A stretch of DNA of 64,000 nt from NCBI GenBank assembly GCA_038999435.1, contig JAVZYR010000001.1, positions 12,708-76,707 on the forward strand. Reading direction: 5' to 3'. Position 1 is the stretch's first letter. Each line of letters starts with the position of its first letter. A program made the translations under genes and the position numbers. Below the pieces are notes generated by a model. It was not told where the DNA came from and made no database searches. It was given only the letters and a program-made list of their open reading frames with translations. Source of the stretch: Candidatus Aenigmatarchaeota archaeon. GTDB lineage: Archaea > Aenigmatarchaeota > Aenigmatarchaeia > QMZP01. Of the stretch, positions 49,523-59,111 are shown one piece after another.

Positions 49523-50247
49523 TTTATCACCTTATCGAGCTTTACAATCTTGTGGTCCTTCTTTACTATTTCTTTTATTATCGTTCCATCCTTTAAATAT
49601 ACAACCCTATTTGCATATCTTGTGATTTCAGGGTCATGTGTGACGACTACAAAAGTATAGCCCTTTTCTATGTTTAGCCATTCAAGCAAGGTCAAGATCT
49701 GTTTTCCTGTTTTTGTATCAAGATTTCCTGTCGGCTCATCAGCAAGTATGATTTTTGGCTGGTTCGCAAGGGCCCGGGCAATAGCAACCCTTTGCTGCTC
49801 ACCACCTGAGAGAAGACCTGACATGTGATTCATTCTATGACCAAGTCCGACCATGTCAAGCAGCTTTTTAGCTTCTTCGATTGCCATCTTTTTGCTTTTT
49901 CCTGCAATCCTTAAAGCAAGCTCAACATTTTCAACAGGCGTAAATGTTCTAATGAGATTGTATTCCTGAAAAACGAAGCCTAATTTTTCTTTTCTTATTT
50001 TTGCCAGTTGATCATCATCAAGCTTTGATACATCTTTGCCATCTATCCACACACAGCCTTCATCCGGTTTTAGAAGACAACCAATGATATCAAGCAGTGT
50101 TGTTTTTCCTGAACCAGAAGGCCCGACTATCGTTATAAAGTCACCTCTCATCACAGTAAGATTTATACCTTTTAATACCCTAACCTCATTTGGCATGCCT
50201 TTATTGTATGTTTTTTTCACACCCTTTAGCTCTATTATTTTATTCAT
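49519..50247 (-). CDS. ABC transporter ATP-binding protein (LolD/MacB-type)
   Basis: GPSGSGKT, LSGGEQQR, ADEPTGNLD, VTHD. Confidence 0.96.
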   Translation of the reverse strand: MNKIIELKGVKKTYNKGMPNEVRVLKGINLTVMRGDFITIVGPSGSGKTTLLDIIGCLLKPDEGCVWIDGKDVSKLDDDQLAKIRKEKLGFVFQEYNLIRTFTPVENVELALRIAGKSKKMAIEEAKKLLDMVGLGHRMNHMSGLLSGGEQQRVAIARALANQPKIILADEPTGNLDTKTGKQILTLLEWLNIEKGYTFVVVTHDPEITRYANRVVYLKDGTIIKEIVKKDHKIVKLDKVIK

Positions 50248-51367
50248 ATCTCAATGCTGCCACAGGATCGAGTTTTGAAGCGCGCCACGCAGGCCATGCA
50301 CCTCCAATTAAACCTAAAAACAGGGCAAACACAAAACTGAATACAGCAAGTCCTGGGGTCACAACAGGTCTTATCATAAAACCAGAATAAAATGATATGA
50401 TTTCAGATGCAAAAAAGCCGAATGCTATTCCTGCAATCCCACCTATTGCAGATAGCATGATTGCTTCAAGCATAAATTGAATTAAAACCCTTTTATTTGT
50501 CGCGCCTATTGCCTTCAACACACCAATTTCTCTTCTTCTTTCCATCACTGTCATTACCATCGTATTCATAACACCAAGACCACCCACAACTGCTGCTATT
50601 GCACCTATACCTAATGTGAAGAACCTTATCTGGCTTATCATCTGTTCTGCTTGTCTTGCTGTCTCTTTAGGTGTTATTACATCAACATTTTCTATTGTAT
50701 TTTTTATCTCATCTGCTAACAACTCCACTTTTCCTATATCTTCAGGTATGGCATAAATCATCTGAAATGTATCTACTTTTAAGATTTCCTGAAGATCGGA
50801 AAGCGGGATTATTATTGCATTGTCTATGTCCATTATATGTGTCTTTTCAAGTATACCTACAATCTCAAATGATTGGCCAGCTATCTCAAAATTATCACCT
50901 ACTTCTAAACCAAAAAGGTCTGCTGTATCCTTTCCTGCTAATGCTACCTGATAATCTCCAGATTCAATCTGTCTTCCGTCGTACAGTTCTATCCTTTCAC
51001 CCTTGAAATATTCGATCTTCTCAGGATCTATACCAATTGCCCACCATTGTGGTATTCCTAAACCCATACCTCTTTCAAAATAAACCATAACAGGTACAGC
51101 GTCTTTTATTCCACTAAATGTCTTAATAGACTCTAACTCTGTTTCTGTTAGTTTGCTTGACAATGAAGTAAAAATACCACTTGCACCCGATTCAACTATT
51201 ATCAGCTTCCCACTTGTAAGTTCAAGATTCCTTTGCACAGTTACATTCAGTCCATCTGCAATTGCTCCAAGTGCAACGATTGCAGCAATCCCGATTAATA
51301 TACCTAAAGCAGTTAAAAATGATCTTGTCCGCACTCGGGTTATGTTTTTCAATGCAATATCAAGCAT
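50240..51367 (-). CDS. ABC transporter permease (MacB/FtsX-type)
   Basis: RSFLT.LGI.IG, ERRREIG.LKAIGA, PA.RAS.LDPV.ALRYE. Confidence 0.95.
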   Translation of the reverse strand: MLDIALKNITRVRTRSFLTALGILIGIAAIVALGAIADGLNVTVQRNLELTSGKLIIVESGASGIFTSLSSKLTETELESIKTFSGIKDAVPVMVYFERGMGLGIPQWWAIGIDPEKIEYFKGERIELYDGRQIESGDYQVALAGKDTADLFGLEVGDNFEIAGQSFEIVGILEKTHIMDIDNAIIIPLSDLQEILKVDTFQMIYAIPEDIGKVELLADEIKNTIENVDVITPKETARQAEQMISQIRFFTLGIGAIAAVVGGLGVMNTMVMTVMERRREIGVLKAIGATNKRVLIQFMLEAIMLSAIGGIAGIAFGFFASEIISFYSGFMIRPVVTPGLAVFSFVFALFLGLIGGAWPAWRASKLDPVAALRYE

Positions 51368-51398
51368 ATTATAAATACCATTTCAATATAAAATTGCT

Positions 51399-51842
51399 AT
51401 GCACAAAACAGTAGCAATACTTATAGAAAAAAACGGAAAAGTACTTTTGGCAAAAAGGGCAAACAAGACATGGCATGGCTTTTGGTGTGTGCCTGGTGGT
51501 CATGTTGAGGAAGGAGAAAGTATACATGAGGCTGCATTGAGAGAGGCACAGGAAGAAGTTGGCAGTGTTATAATTGAACCAAAGCCATTTATGATTTTTG
51601 TGCATAGTTTGCCTGCTGGCGAGCGTAGAAATCCAGGTCCACACAAACACACATGTCATGTTTTTAAGGGTGTTGTTGAAAAAGTTAGAGCAGGTGGAGA
51701 TGTTGCTGAAGTAAAATGGTTTAAAATACAACAAATAAAAAAGTTAAAACTGACCTCATACACTAAAAAAATTTTAAATATACTTCAGCAAAGACAAAAA
51801 TATTTAAATACTAAAATCCCTTTAATTAAACAATTAAAATAG
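51399..51842 (+). CDS. NUDIX hydrolase
   Basis: PGGHVEEGE...AALREAQEEVG. Confidence 0.9.
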   Translation: MHKTVAILIEKNGKVLLAKRANKTWHGFWCVPGGHVEEGESIHEAALREAQEEVGSVIIEPKPFMIFVHSLPAGERRNPGPHKHTCHVFKGVVEKVRAGGDVAEVKWFKIQQIKKLKLTSYTKKILNILQQRQKYLNTKIPLIKQLK

Positions 51843-51851
51843 GAGGATGAA

Positions 51852-51908
51852 ATGATTTGGTTCGACGACGAAGAGGAATGGGAAGAAGAGGAAGAAGAGG
51901 AGTGGTAA
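51852..51908 (+). CDS. 18-aa hyperacidic micropeptide MIWFDDEEEWEEEEEEEW (not in ORF track)
   Basis: AGGAGG SD at 51841-51846; TATA-like TATTTAAATA ~51801-51810; GAA/GAG-rich frame closed by TAA and a T-rich tract. Confidence 0.7.
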   Translation: MIWFDDEEEWEEEEEEEW

Positions 51909-51917
51909 ACAAATTTT

Positions 51918-52298
51918 TTATTTTATAATTTTTCTGCTCGAATAGTTTCCATACTTTCTAATTCTAACAATTCTAACATTTTTTAATTTTTTTAGCCCAG
52001 GCCCTATTTTTTGGTCATATCCAATAGCTATAATATCAGGTTTGAATTTTTTTACAAATTTTTCTTCATTTTTTGGCCAAGCACCTATCACAACCTTATC
52101 AACAAATTTCAATGAGCTTAAAAGCCTTTTGCGTTCTGAAGCAGGAGAAAAAAGCTTTCCATTTTTTCTTGCTGTTTTGTCATTTGCAAGCACAACAATA
52201 AGTTCATCACCAAGCATTTTTGCCTTTTTAAGGAAAAATATATGTCCAGGATGCAACACATTGAATGTTCCACCTACAAGAACCCTTTTCTTTTTCAT
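51918..52298 (-). CDS. ribL: FAD synthase / cytidylyltransferase-like protein
   Basis: GGTFNVLHPGH, KPDII.IGYDQ, SS..I. Confidence 0.8.
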   Translation of the reverse strand: MKKKRVLVGGTFNVLHPGHIFFLKKAKMLGDELIVVLANDKTARKNGKLFSPASERKRLLSSLKFVDKVVIGAWPKNEEKFVKKFKPDIIAIGYDQKIGPGLKKLKNVRIVRIRKYGNYSSRKIIK

Positions 52299-52660
52299 TC
52301 CTGTCTTATTATTATCTGTGGCTTTCCACCAACTGTTCCATTGTTTTCAATAATAATTCGATGATATCCTCTTTCAAGCAATAAAAATCCTTCTATGTCG
52401 ATGTTGTCATAATGGGCCAAGAGTTTTAAAGGATGCGTAACACCAAGACCAAATGCAAAAGAGGGGCTTATGTAGCGCAAAAATTTCCCTGCTGTTATCA
52501 AAGGCATTCTATTGGCTATTGTCTGCTGATCGCCTTTGCTAAAGATGAGAAATGCCCTCGCACCTTCAATACCTTGGCTCAATTTAAATATAAATTCAGG
52601 TTCTGCATCTGCAATTGGCAAAAAAACAAGCATCGCTACAATTACATAAACCCATTTCAT
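52295..52660 (-). CDS. Secreted hypothetical protein
   Basis: Signal peptide-like N-terminus; 4-nt overlap with ribL. Confidence 0.65.
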   Translation of the reverse strand: MKWVYVIVAMLVFLPIADAEPEFIFKLSQGIEGARAFLIFSKGDQQTIANRMPLITAGKFLRYISPSFAFGLGVTHPLKLLAHYDNIDIEGFLLLERGYHRIIIENNGTVGGKPQIIIRQE

Positions 52661-52744
52661 ATTAAATTTAGGTTTATCTTCCTTAAAACCATAAAGCTTT
52701 TAAATACCCTGTTCTAAATAGCATTATAAAGCTAAGGAGTTGTT

Positions 52745-54019
52745 ATGGCAGAAAAGCCTCACATTAACATTATAACATCAGGACATGTAGACCATGGCAA
52801 ATCAACATTAATCGGAAGATTACTTTTTGATTCAGGTGCTATTTCTGAGCAAGAATTGAGAAAGCTTAAAGAGATTGCAAAAGAGGTTAAGAAGGAAACA
52901 TTCGAGTTTGCCTTCGTGATGGACCAACTGAAAGAGGAGAGGCTTAGAGGTCTTACAATAGACCTGATGTACAGGTCATTCACAACCGACAAATATTATT
53001 TCACACTCATTGATTGTCCAGGTCATAGGGATTTTGTCAAGAATATGATTACAGGCGCATCGCAGGCAGATGCTGCAATACTCGTTGTATCTGCAAAAGA
53101 TGGGATACAAGAGCAAACAAGGGAGCATGTATATCTCTGCAAGGTTCTTGGTATAAAGCAGATTGTATGTGTAATAAACAAGATGGATGCAGTAAATTAC
53201 GATGAGAAAAAATTCAATGAAGTCAAAGCAGATGTATCAAAGCTTTTGCAAGGAGTTGGTTATGATGTTTCTAAGATACCATTCGTGCCTGTCTCTGCAT
53301 ATGTTGGAGATAATGTTGTAAAGAAATCAGATAAGATGCCATGGTATAAGGGTCCTGTTTTCATAAAGGCATTGGATGAAGCAATCGTTCCGCCTGAAAA
53401 GCCAGTAGACAAGCCATTGAGAATCCCAATACAAGATGTCTATTCAATAACAGGCGTTGGTACAGTGCCTGTTGGTCGGGTTGAATCAGGTGTACTAAAA
53501 CCAGGAGATAAGGTCATATTTATGCCTTCTGGAGCAACAGGGGAAGTGAAATCCATAGAGATGCATCACAAAGCGCTTGAAAAGGCATTGCCAGGTGATA
53601 ATATAGGATTTAATGTTAGAGGCGTTGGAAAGACAGATATAAAGAAAGGTGATGTAGCAGGAAAACCAGAGAATCCACCAACAGTTGCAAAAGAATTTAC
53701 AGCTCAAATAATTGTTCTTCAACACCCAACTGTCATAACACGTGGTTATACACCAGTATTTCATGTTCACACAACACATGTTGCAGGTAAGATTGTTGAC
53801 ATACTTAAGAAAATGGACCCAAAAACAGGTGCTGTTGTTGAAGAAAAGCCAGAAATGCTCAAACCAGGTGATGCAGCAATTATAAAAGTCGAGCCATTAC
53901 AGCCAATTGCAATAGAGAAACAAGCAGATTTCCCAGGTCTTGCAAAATTTGCAGTTAGGGATATGGGCAAGACGATTGCAGCAGGTATTTGTATTGATTT
54001 GGTTCCGCTGAAAAAGTAA
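52745..54019 (+). CDS. tuf: Elongation factor 1-alpha
   Basis: [41 protein letters not shown]. Confidence 0.98.
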   Translation: MAEKPHINIITSGHVDHGKSTLIGRLLFDSGAISEQELRKLKEIAKEVKKETFEFAFVMDQLKEERLRGLTIDLMYRSFTTDKYYFTLIDCPGHRDFVKNMITGASQADAAILVVSAKDGIQEQTREHVYLCKVLGIKQIVCVINKMDAVNYDEKKFNEVKADVSKLLQGVGYDVSKIPFVPVSAYVGDNVVKKSDKMPWYKGPVFIKALDEAIVPPEKPVDKPLRIPIQDVYSITGVGTVPVGRVESGVLKPGDKVIFMPSGATGEVKSIEMHHKALEKALPGDNIGFNVRGVGKTDIKKGDVAGKPENPPTVAKEFTAQIIVLQHPTVITRGYTPVFHVHTTHVAGKIVDILKKMDPKTGAVVEEKPEMLKPGDAAIIKVEPLQPIAIEKQADFPGLAKFAVRDMGKTIAAGICIDLVPLKK

Positions 54020-54052
54020 ATTCTAATTTTCTGAAAGTTTAATTTATTTTTA

Positions 54053-54184
54053 CGCCGGGGCTGGGATTTTCTTTGCACGAAGCGGTAGCTCTAAAGAGCG
54101 GTGATTCGAACCCAGACGGGGCAGAGCCCCACCAGCTTACTGAACTTCTCCAGGCTGGCCCTTTTACCATTCAGGCACCCCGGC
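54053..54184 (-). tRNA. tRNA-Ser(GGA) with two introns (37/38, 10 nt at 54138-54147; 59/60, 38 nt at 54067-54104)
   Basis: Acceptor GCCGGGG/CCCCGGC, G73; anticodon stem CCAGC/GCTGG; long variable arm GGGGC-TCT-GCCCC; T stem CTGGG/CCCAG; 84-nt mature body; CCA not encoded. Confidence 0.9.
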
Positions 54185-54231
54185 TATATAATTAAATTTA
54201 AGCAAATAGGTTTATTTTTCTACTCTTTTTC

Positions 54232-54378
54232 CTATCTTCTCATTTTTGCAGCACAGCGTGCACAAAGCCCAACTTCAGGCCTGTAACAACCTTGACAAAC
54301 AACTGCACCACAAAAGTTGCATGTATATGGCATTCTAACAACTGCACCACATATGCTGCATACAGCTGACTTTTGCAT
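54232..54378 (-). CDS. 48-aa Cys-rich Zn-finger protein
   Basis: MQKSAVCSICG...TCNFCG..VCQGC.....LCARC, four CxxC pairs. Confidence 0.8.
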   Translation of the reverse strand: MQKSAVCSICGAVVRMPYTCNFCGAVVCQGCYRPEVGLCARCAAKMRR

Positions 54379-54404
54379 TAATAATAATTGGATTAAATAT
54401 AAAA

Positions 54405-55394
54405 ATGAAGAATTTGATACTGTGCCATGCCGATGCTGATGGCATGTGTTCTGGTGCAATTGCTCTTTCAAAATTCCCAGGTTCTGAGATATTTTTCACA
54501 AAGCCGGTATCTCTGCTTGCTGATTTAAAAGATGTACGGGCTGATAGGATTATAATAACAGACATTGCTATCACAAAACGCGATGCTCCAGCCATACTTA
54601 ACATGTTACGAGAAAAAGCAAAGAGCAGTGAAATATGGTATTTTGACCACCACCCATTACCATCTAACATAAATGAAGGTGATATTGCAAAGGTGGTAAA
54701 ATGGTATCATAGGCTTGATGTTTCTTCATCTGAGATTATATATGAAAATTTTAAAACAGAAATACCTCGGGAACGTGTCTGGGTAGCAATATATGGTGCT
54801 ATTTCTGATTACGCAGAGTATACACCATTTATACAAAAGGTGCTGAAAAATTGGGAAAAAAGGGCGCTGTATTTCGAGGTCAGCACCCTTGTGCTCGGAA
54901 CAAAAGTAGAGGAATTTTCAACATATGACATAAAAAGGGATATTGTTAAGTTGCTTGCAAGAGGGGGCAACCCATCTGATTTTTATGGTCTTGTAAATGC
55001 TGCAAAGGCTGCAGTAGGGCTTGAATTTGACCTGTATAATGATGTTAAGGCACAAGCAAAGCAAAATGGGAATGTTGCATGGGTTGAAAATCTTCACACT
55101 TTTGGTTTTAGAGGCGCAGCAGCCCTTTTTTCAGCGACTGTAAAAAATACGCCTGTAGGGCTTTGCGTACATAGCAGAAAGGGCCATCTTGACATAACAG
55201 TCCGAGCAAGGGATCCAAAAATAGACCTAAGAAGGATTATTGAGGATTCTGCAGAAAAGATTGGAGGTTCTGGTGGTGGGCTTTCTGATGCAGCAGGCGC
55301 AAGGATAGCTGAAGGTAGGCTTGATGATTTTATAAACCTAATAAATCAGCATCTTAAAACATATCGTGGAGAAATACCAATATTCGAAGGCTAA
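54405..55394 (+). CDS. DHH/DHHA1 phosphoesterase (RecJ-like family)
   Basis: HADADG, TDIA, FDHH, SGGG...AAGA. Confidence 0.9.
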   Translation: MKNLILCHADADGMCSGAIALSKFPGSEIFFTKPVSLLADLKDVRADRIIITDIAITKRDAPAILNMLREKAKSSEIWYFDHHPLPSNINEGDIAKVVKWYHRLDVSSSEIIYENFKTEIPRERVWVAIYGAISDYAEYTPFIQKVLKNWEKRALYFEVSTLVLGTKVEEFSTYDIKRDIVKLLARGGNPSDFYGLVNAAKAAVGLEFDLYNDVKAQAKQNGNVAWVENLHTFGFRGAAALFSATVKNTPVGLCVHSRKGHLDITVRARDPKIDLRRIIEDSAEKIGGSGGGLSDAAGARIAEGRLDDFINLINQHLKTYRGEIPIFEG

Positions 55395-55463
55395 TGTCGA
55401 GATTTATTCATAGATTCGATATCAATAACCAAAAGTTTAAAAATCTTAATTTCATCTAAAATT

Positions 55464-55961
55464 ATGGCCAAGAGCAATTCAAATAAAAATTTGCAATTAA
55501 GTTTTTATGAAAAAAGGGCTTCTGGTTTTTCTGACAAAGTTTGTACTATTGATGTAAATCCGAATAACCTTAAGCCATACAGCCTACCATCATGTGAATA
55601 TAATACACAATTTTCGAAGGCTGTTAAAAAAACTGAAAATTTAGGTGAAATAGGGGATGCAATTCCAACAGTATCTTTTACTGCTAGGACCTATGATAAT
55701 TATGAGGATGTAAACTTGTATTGGATTAAGAAAATGGGTTGCTGGGTTGGGATTTCTAAATATATTACAAGAGAACATGACCACAGCGATCCTTTGTCAG
55801 AGGTTCACAATGGACCGTACAGAGTAGAAGGCATTTTAGCCCAAAAATTACTCGAAGCCTATGGCTTAGATGAACAATGTATTGAAAGAGGTATCGATAT
55901 TGCAAAAATATCACCAAAGAAATTAGAGATACTAAGAAAAAAACAGAAACGCTATCGCTAG
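55464..55961 (+). CDS. Hypothetical protein
   Basis: 165-aa ORF with upstream TTTAAAA box; no motif recognised. Confidence 0.6.
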   Translation: MAKSNSNKNLQLSFYEKRASGFSDKVCTIDVNPNNLKPYSLPSCEYNTQFSKAVKKTENLGEIGDAIPTVSFTARTYDNYEDVNLYWIKKMGCWVGISKYITREHDHSDPLSEVHNGPYRVEGILAQKLLEAYGLDEQCIERGIDIAKISPKKLEILRKKQKRYR

Positions 55962-57766
55962 CCAATCACAATACCTTTTCCTGATGGAATTTTGTTTGCA
56001 AATTCATCAAGAGGTATGCTTTCTATTGCCTTTTTATCTTCTGGACTCGATTTTATAAGGATGCGGTTCTTTATCTCAGCTGCAAGTTCTTGTGCTGAAA
56101 ATGTACCGGGTTTTATAGTTACAAAATATTTTGTGTATTTTCTAACTGCCATCACAGGTCCTGCAAGCACATTAGGTTCTGGGGCAATTGAAACACCAAT
56201 CGCAAGCTTCACCTCAATATCTCTATACCATATCCTGCTCCCATGCACTGTGAATGCACCTTTTGGCAATCCAGGTTCTTTTGAAAGCTGTTCAGGTTTA
56301 ACTGCAAAAACATCAACAGAGCCAAGACCTTCTGACCATGCCTTTGAGTGTGCAGCAGCAAATTCAGCTGCCTCTTTCATGCTTATTTCTGTTATACCCT
56401 TTTCAGAAGATTTTAGTATAACAAACGCAGCGCCAGGTATGTCGGCATGATATACAAGGTCACCATGTTGTACCCTTTTTGTTATCAGCTCTTCATTCTG
56501 CTTTGCATCCTTTCCAGCAACAACAAGGATACCATCAGATGTCACAAACCATCTGAACTTTTCCCACCATTTCCTTCTAATTTTCAATTTTGGTCTCTCA
56601 ATTTTCTTCTCTTTGATGCTTATTTCTGCTTTTACTGCCCCTTCTGCCTTTTTTCTTGCCTTTTTCGCTTTTTCAAAATATTCAGCAGCTATATGCATTA
56701 TCGGCTTTCTTATATCTATCTCAAGCTCTCTTCCGTCAATTTCAAGAACCACAACACCTTCTTTTTCTCTTATTTCTTTTACAGGTTTTGTTACTTTTGC
56801 TTTTATATCATCCCATGTTAGTCCCTCTTTTCTTTGAGAAAGAATACCTTCTATAGCTGATTTAATTTCATCATAATTGAGATATATCGCCTCTGCTTTT
56901 TTTCTTTCAGCTTCTTCTACAGCCTTCCATTTCTCTATCGCCTTTTCTTTCATTTTTTCTATAACTTCGAGTTTTTCTTTTTTCTTTTCTTCCACTTTTT
57001 CCCATTCTTTTGCAAACAGCCTATCAAGCCCTTCAGACAGGCTTGATAAAAATTCTAATGGCTTTTTGTCTGGCAGAGGAAATGGGCTCACCCTTTCTTC
57101 ATACATGCAAGGCCTTTCAGGCAAGCTATGTAAAAAATCTAATATCCTTTTTGCATTATCAATACTAATTTGTTTATTTGGGTCAATGCCAACAGCTCTG
57201 CATATCACATCAGACCAAAAAGGTCCAAAACCAAATTTTACCGCAAGCGCTGCACCGATGCTTTTTTCCTTTGATGCGATATCAAAAAACAGATATTCAT
57301 CAATTTTAAAAGGATCAGGATGTTCTGGAGGATATTGATACCGCCTTTTTGGTTTTATTTCCCTTGCAGCCCATATGATTGTTTTCAGCGGCATAATGAT
57401 GTTATATAATTTGTCACATAACACAACATTACCACCGCCGAATAGCTCTATAATAAGTATGTTTTCATCTGTGTGTATTTCAAGAACCCTGTCAAAATCA
57501 TGCTGCTTGATATCAACAATCCTTTTTTCCTGAAGATATTTTCTTAAAAGCATGCAAAATGAAGGAGGGCTTTGCGGGGCTTCAAATCTATGATTTGTTA
57601 AAAATGCAACGTTTTTATCAAAATATAACCATCTTTCTCCCAACCCCGGTTTATAGATAATGAATACAAAAGAGCTTTCAAATTGGTATATTCGTTTTAT
57701 GAAGCTTCCAACCAAAGAGCCAAATTCTTTTGCAAGAAATCTCAACTCAAGTGCGCTAATCTCCAT
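55958..57766 (-). CDS. rqcH: Ribosome quality-control factor RqcH/Rqc2 (NFACT family)
   Basis: F.M.LRK.L, FDR, ELFG.GN, W.EKFRWF..SDG, G.DA.QNE, HAD..GA. Confidence 0.93.
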   Translation of the reverse strand: MEISALELRFLAKEFGSLVGSFIKRIYQFESSFVFIIYKPGLGERWLYFDKNVAFLTNHRFEAPQSPPSFCMLLRKYLQEKRIVDIKQHDFDRVLEIHTDENILIIELFGGGNVVLCDKLYNIIMPLKTIIWAAREIKPKRRYQYPPEHPDPFKIDEYLFFDIASKEKSIGAALAVKFGFGPFWSDVICRAVGIDPNKQISIDNAKRILDFLHSLPERPCMYEERVSPFPLPDKKPLEFLSSLSEGLDRLFAKEWEKVEEKKKEKLEVIEKMKEKAIEKWKAVEEAERKKAEAIYLNYDEIKSAIEGILSQRKEGLTWDDIKAKVTKPVKEIREKEGVVVLEIDGRELEIDIRKPIMHIAAEYFEKAKKARKKAEGAVKAEISIKEKKIERPKLKIRRKWWEKFRWFVTSDGILVVAGKDAKQNEELITKRVQHGDLVYHADIPGAAFVILKSSEKGITEISMKEAAEFAAAHSKAWSEGLGSVDVFAVKPEQLSKEPGLPKGAFTVHGSRIWYRDIEVKLAIGVSIAPEPNVLAGPVMAVRKYTKYFVTIKPGTFSAQELAAEIKNRILIKSSPEDKKAIESIPLDEFANKIPSGKGIVIG

Positions 57767-57797
57767 AAATTATTATTTACAAAATCAAAAATAAAAT

Positions 57798-59111
57798 ATG
57801 TATTCTGCAAAAGTGAAAGTTGCGCTCCGTGGAATAAAGCCAGGGGAATGGGTTCATATAGAAACAAAAGGCGCATCGTACGAAGGCATTCTCATGCCAA
57901 GGCCAGAGACAGGAGATCCAGATTGTATTGTTTTAAAGTTGCAGTCAGGATACAATATAGGACTCAAATTCGAACGTGGAATGAAAATAAAGAAATTGAG
58001 GAAAAGTCCTCCAAAAATTTCAGGTGCAAAGCCTTTGGCATTCAATCCAAAGGCACCTGCAATCTCTTTGATTGCTGTTGGAGGAACAATTGGTTCAAGG
58101 ATTGATTACAGAACAGGAGGCGTACATGCACTCATGAAGCCAGAAGAATTTCTTTTCAATATCCCAGAACTAAAAGACATTGTAAGAATAAAGCGTGTTT
58201 GTAGACCTTTCACAAAAATGTCAGAAGATATGGACCCAAATGATTGGCAGATATTAGCAAAGACAGTTGCAAAAGAGATAAAGGATGTTGAGGGTGTTAT
58301 TATTACACACGGCACAGACACCATGCACTATACATCAGCTGCGCTTTCATTTATGTTGAGAAATCTCTCAAAGCCTGTTGTACTTACTGGTTCGCAAAGG
58401 TCATCAGACAGAGGGAGTTCTGATGCAGGTATGAATATTATATGTTCTGCTTGGATTAGCCGTTCAGACATTGCAGAGGTTGGAATATGCATGCATGAAG
58501 GCATGTCAGATGACTGTTGTATTTTTATACATGGGACAAAGGCAAGAAAGATGCATTCGAGCAGAAGGGATGCATTTAGGTCGATAAATGATGTGCCGAT
58601 TGCAAAGGTTTGGCCTGATGGCAGGATGCAGATTTTAAAAGGATATAAAAAAAGGTCTGATGAAGATGTAATAGCAGATACAAAGTTTGAGCCAAGGGTT
58701 GCTTTGCTAAAGGTATATCCGGGTTCTGACCCAAGCATACTTGAGTTTCTCATATCAAAAGGCTATAAGGGATTTGTAATTGAGGGCACAGGGCTTGGGC
58801 ATGTTCCCACACAGGCAAGGTGTAGTTGGATACCTGCGATAAAAAAGGCGATCAAGGCTGGTATACCTGTTATTGTGACAACACAAACATTGTATGGAAG
58901 GGTCAATCCACATGTCTATACAAATCTTAGGATTCTTTTTTCTGATGCTAAAGCGATACCAGGCGAGGACATGCTTCCTGAAACTGCATATGTTAAGTTA
59001 GGATGGGTTTTAGGCCATACAAAAGATATGGATGAGGTAAGGAAGGCCATGCTACAAAATATTGCAGGAGAGATAAATAACCGAAGTATACCGGAGGCAT
59101 ATCTATGGTAG
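57798..59111 (+). CDS. gatD: Glu-tRNA(Gln) amidotransferase subunit D
   Basis: KL.SGYNIG, GGTI.SR.DY.TG, HGTDT, QRSSDR, KMH.SRRDAF, DMLPE.A.VKL. Confidence 0.97.
   Translation: MYSAKVKVALRGIKPGEWVHIETKGASYEGILMPRPETGDPDCIVLKLQSGYNIGLKFERGMKIKKLRKSPPKISGAKPLAFNPKAPAISLIAVGGTIGSRIDYRTGGVHALMKPEEFLFNIPELKDIVRIKRVCRPFTKMSEDMDPNDWQILAKTVAKEIKDVEGVIITHGTDTMHYTSAALSFMLRNLSKPVVLTGSQRSSDRGSSDAGMNIICSAWISRSDIAEVGICMHEGMSDDCCIFIHGTKARKMHSSRRDAFRSINDVPIAKVWPDGRMQILKGYKKRSDEDVIADTKFEPRVALLKVYPGSDPSILEFLISKGYKGFVIEGTGLGHVPTQARCSWIPAIKKAIKAGIPVIVTTQTLYGRVNPHVYTNLRILFSDAKAIPGEDMLPETAYVKLGWVLGHTKDMDEVRKAMLQNIAGEINNRSIPEAYLW

Noticed and set aside
51862..51905. GAA/GAG run considered as a microsatellite or CRISPR-like repeat
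   Set aside because: Imperfect, in frame, and bracketed by SD, ATG and TAA; no repeat-spacer periodicity seen anywhere in the window
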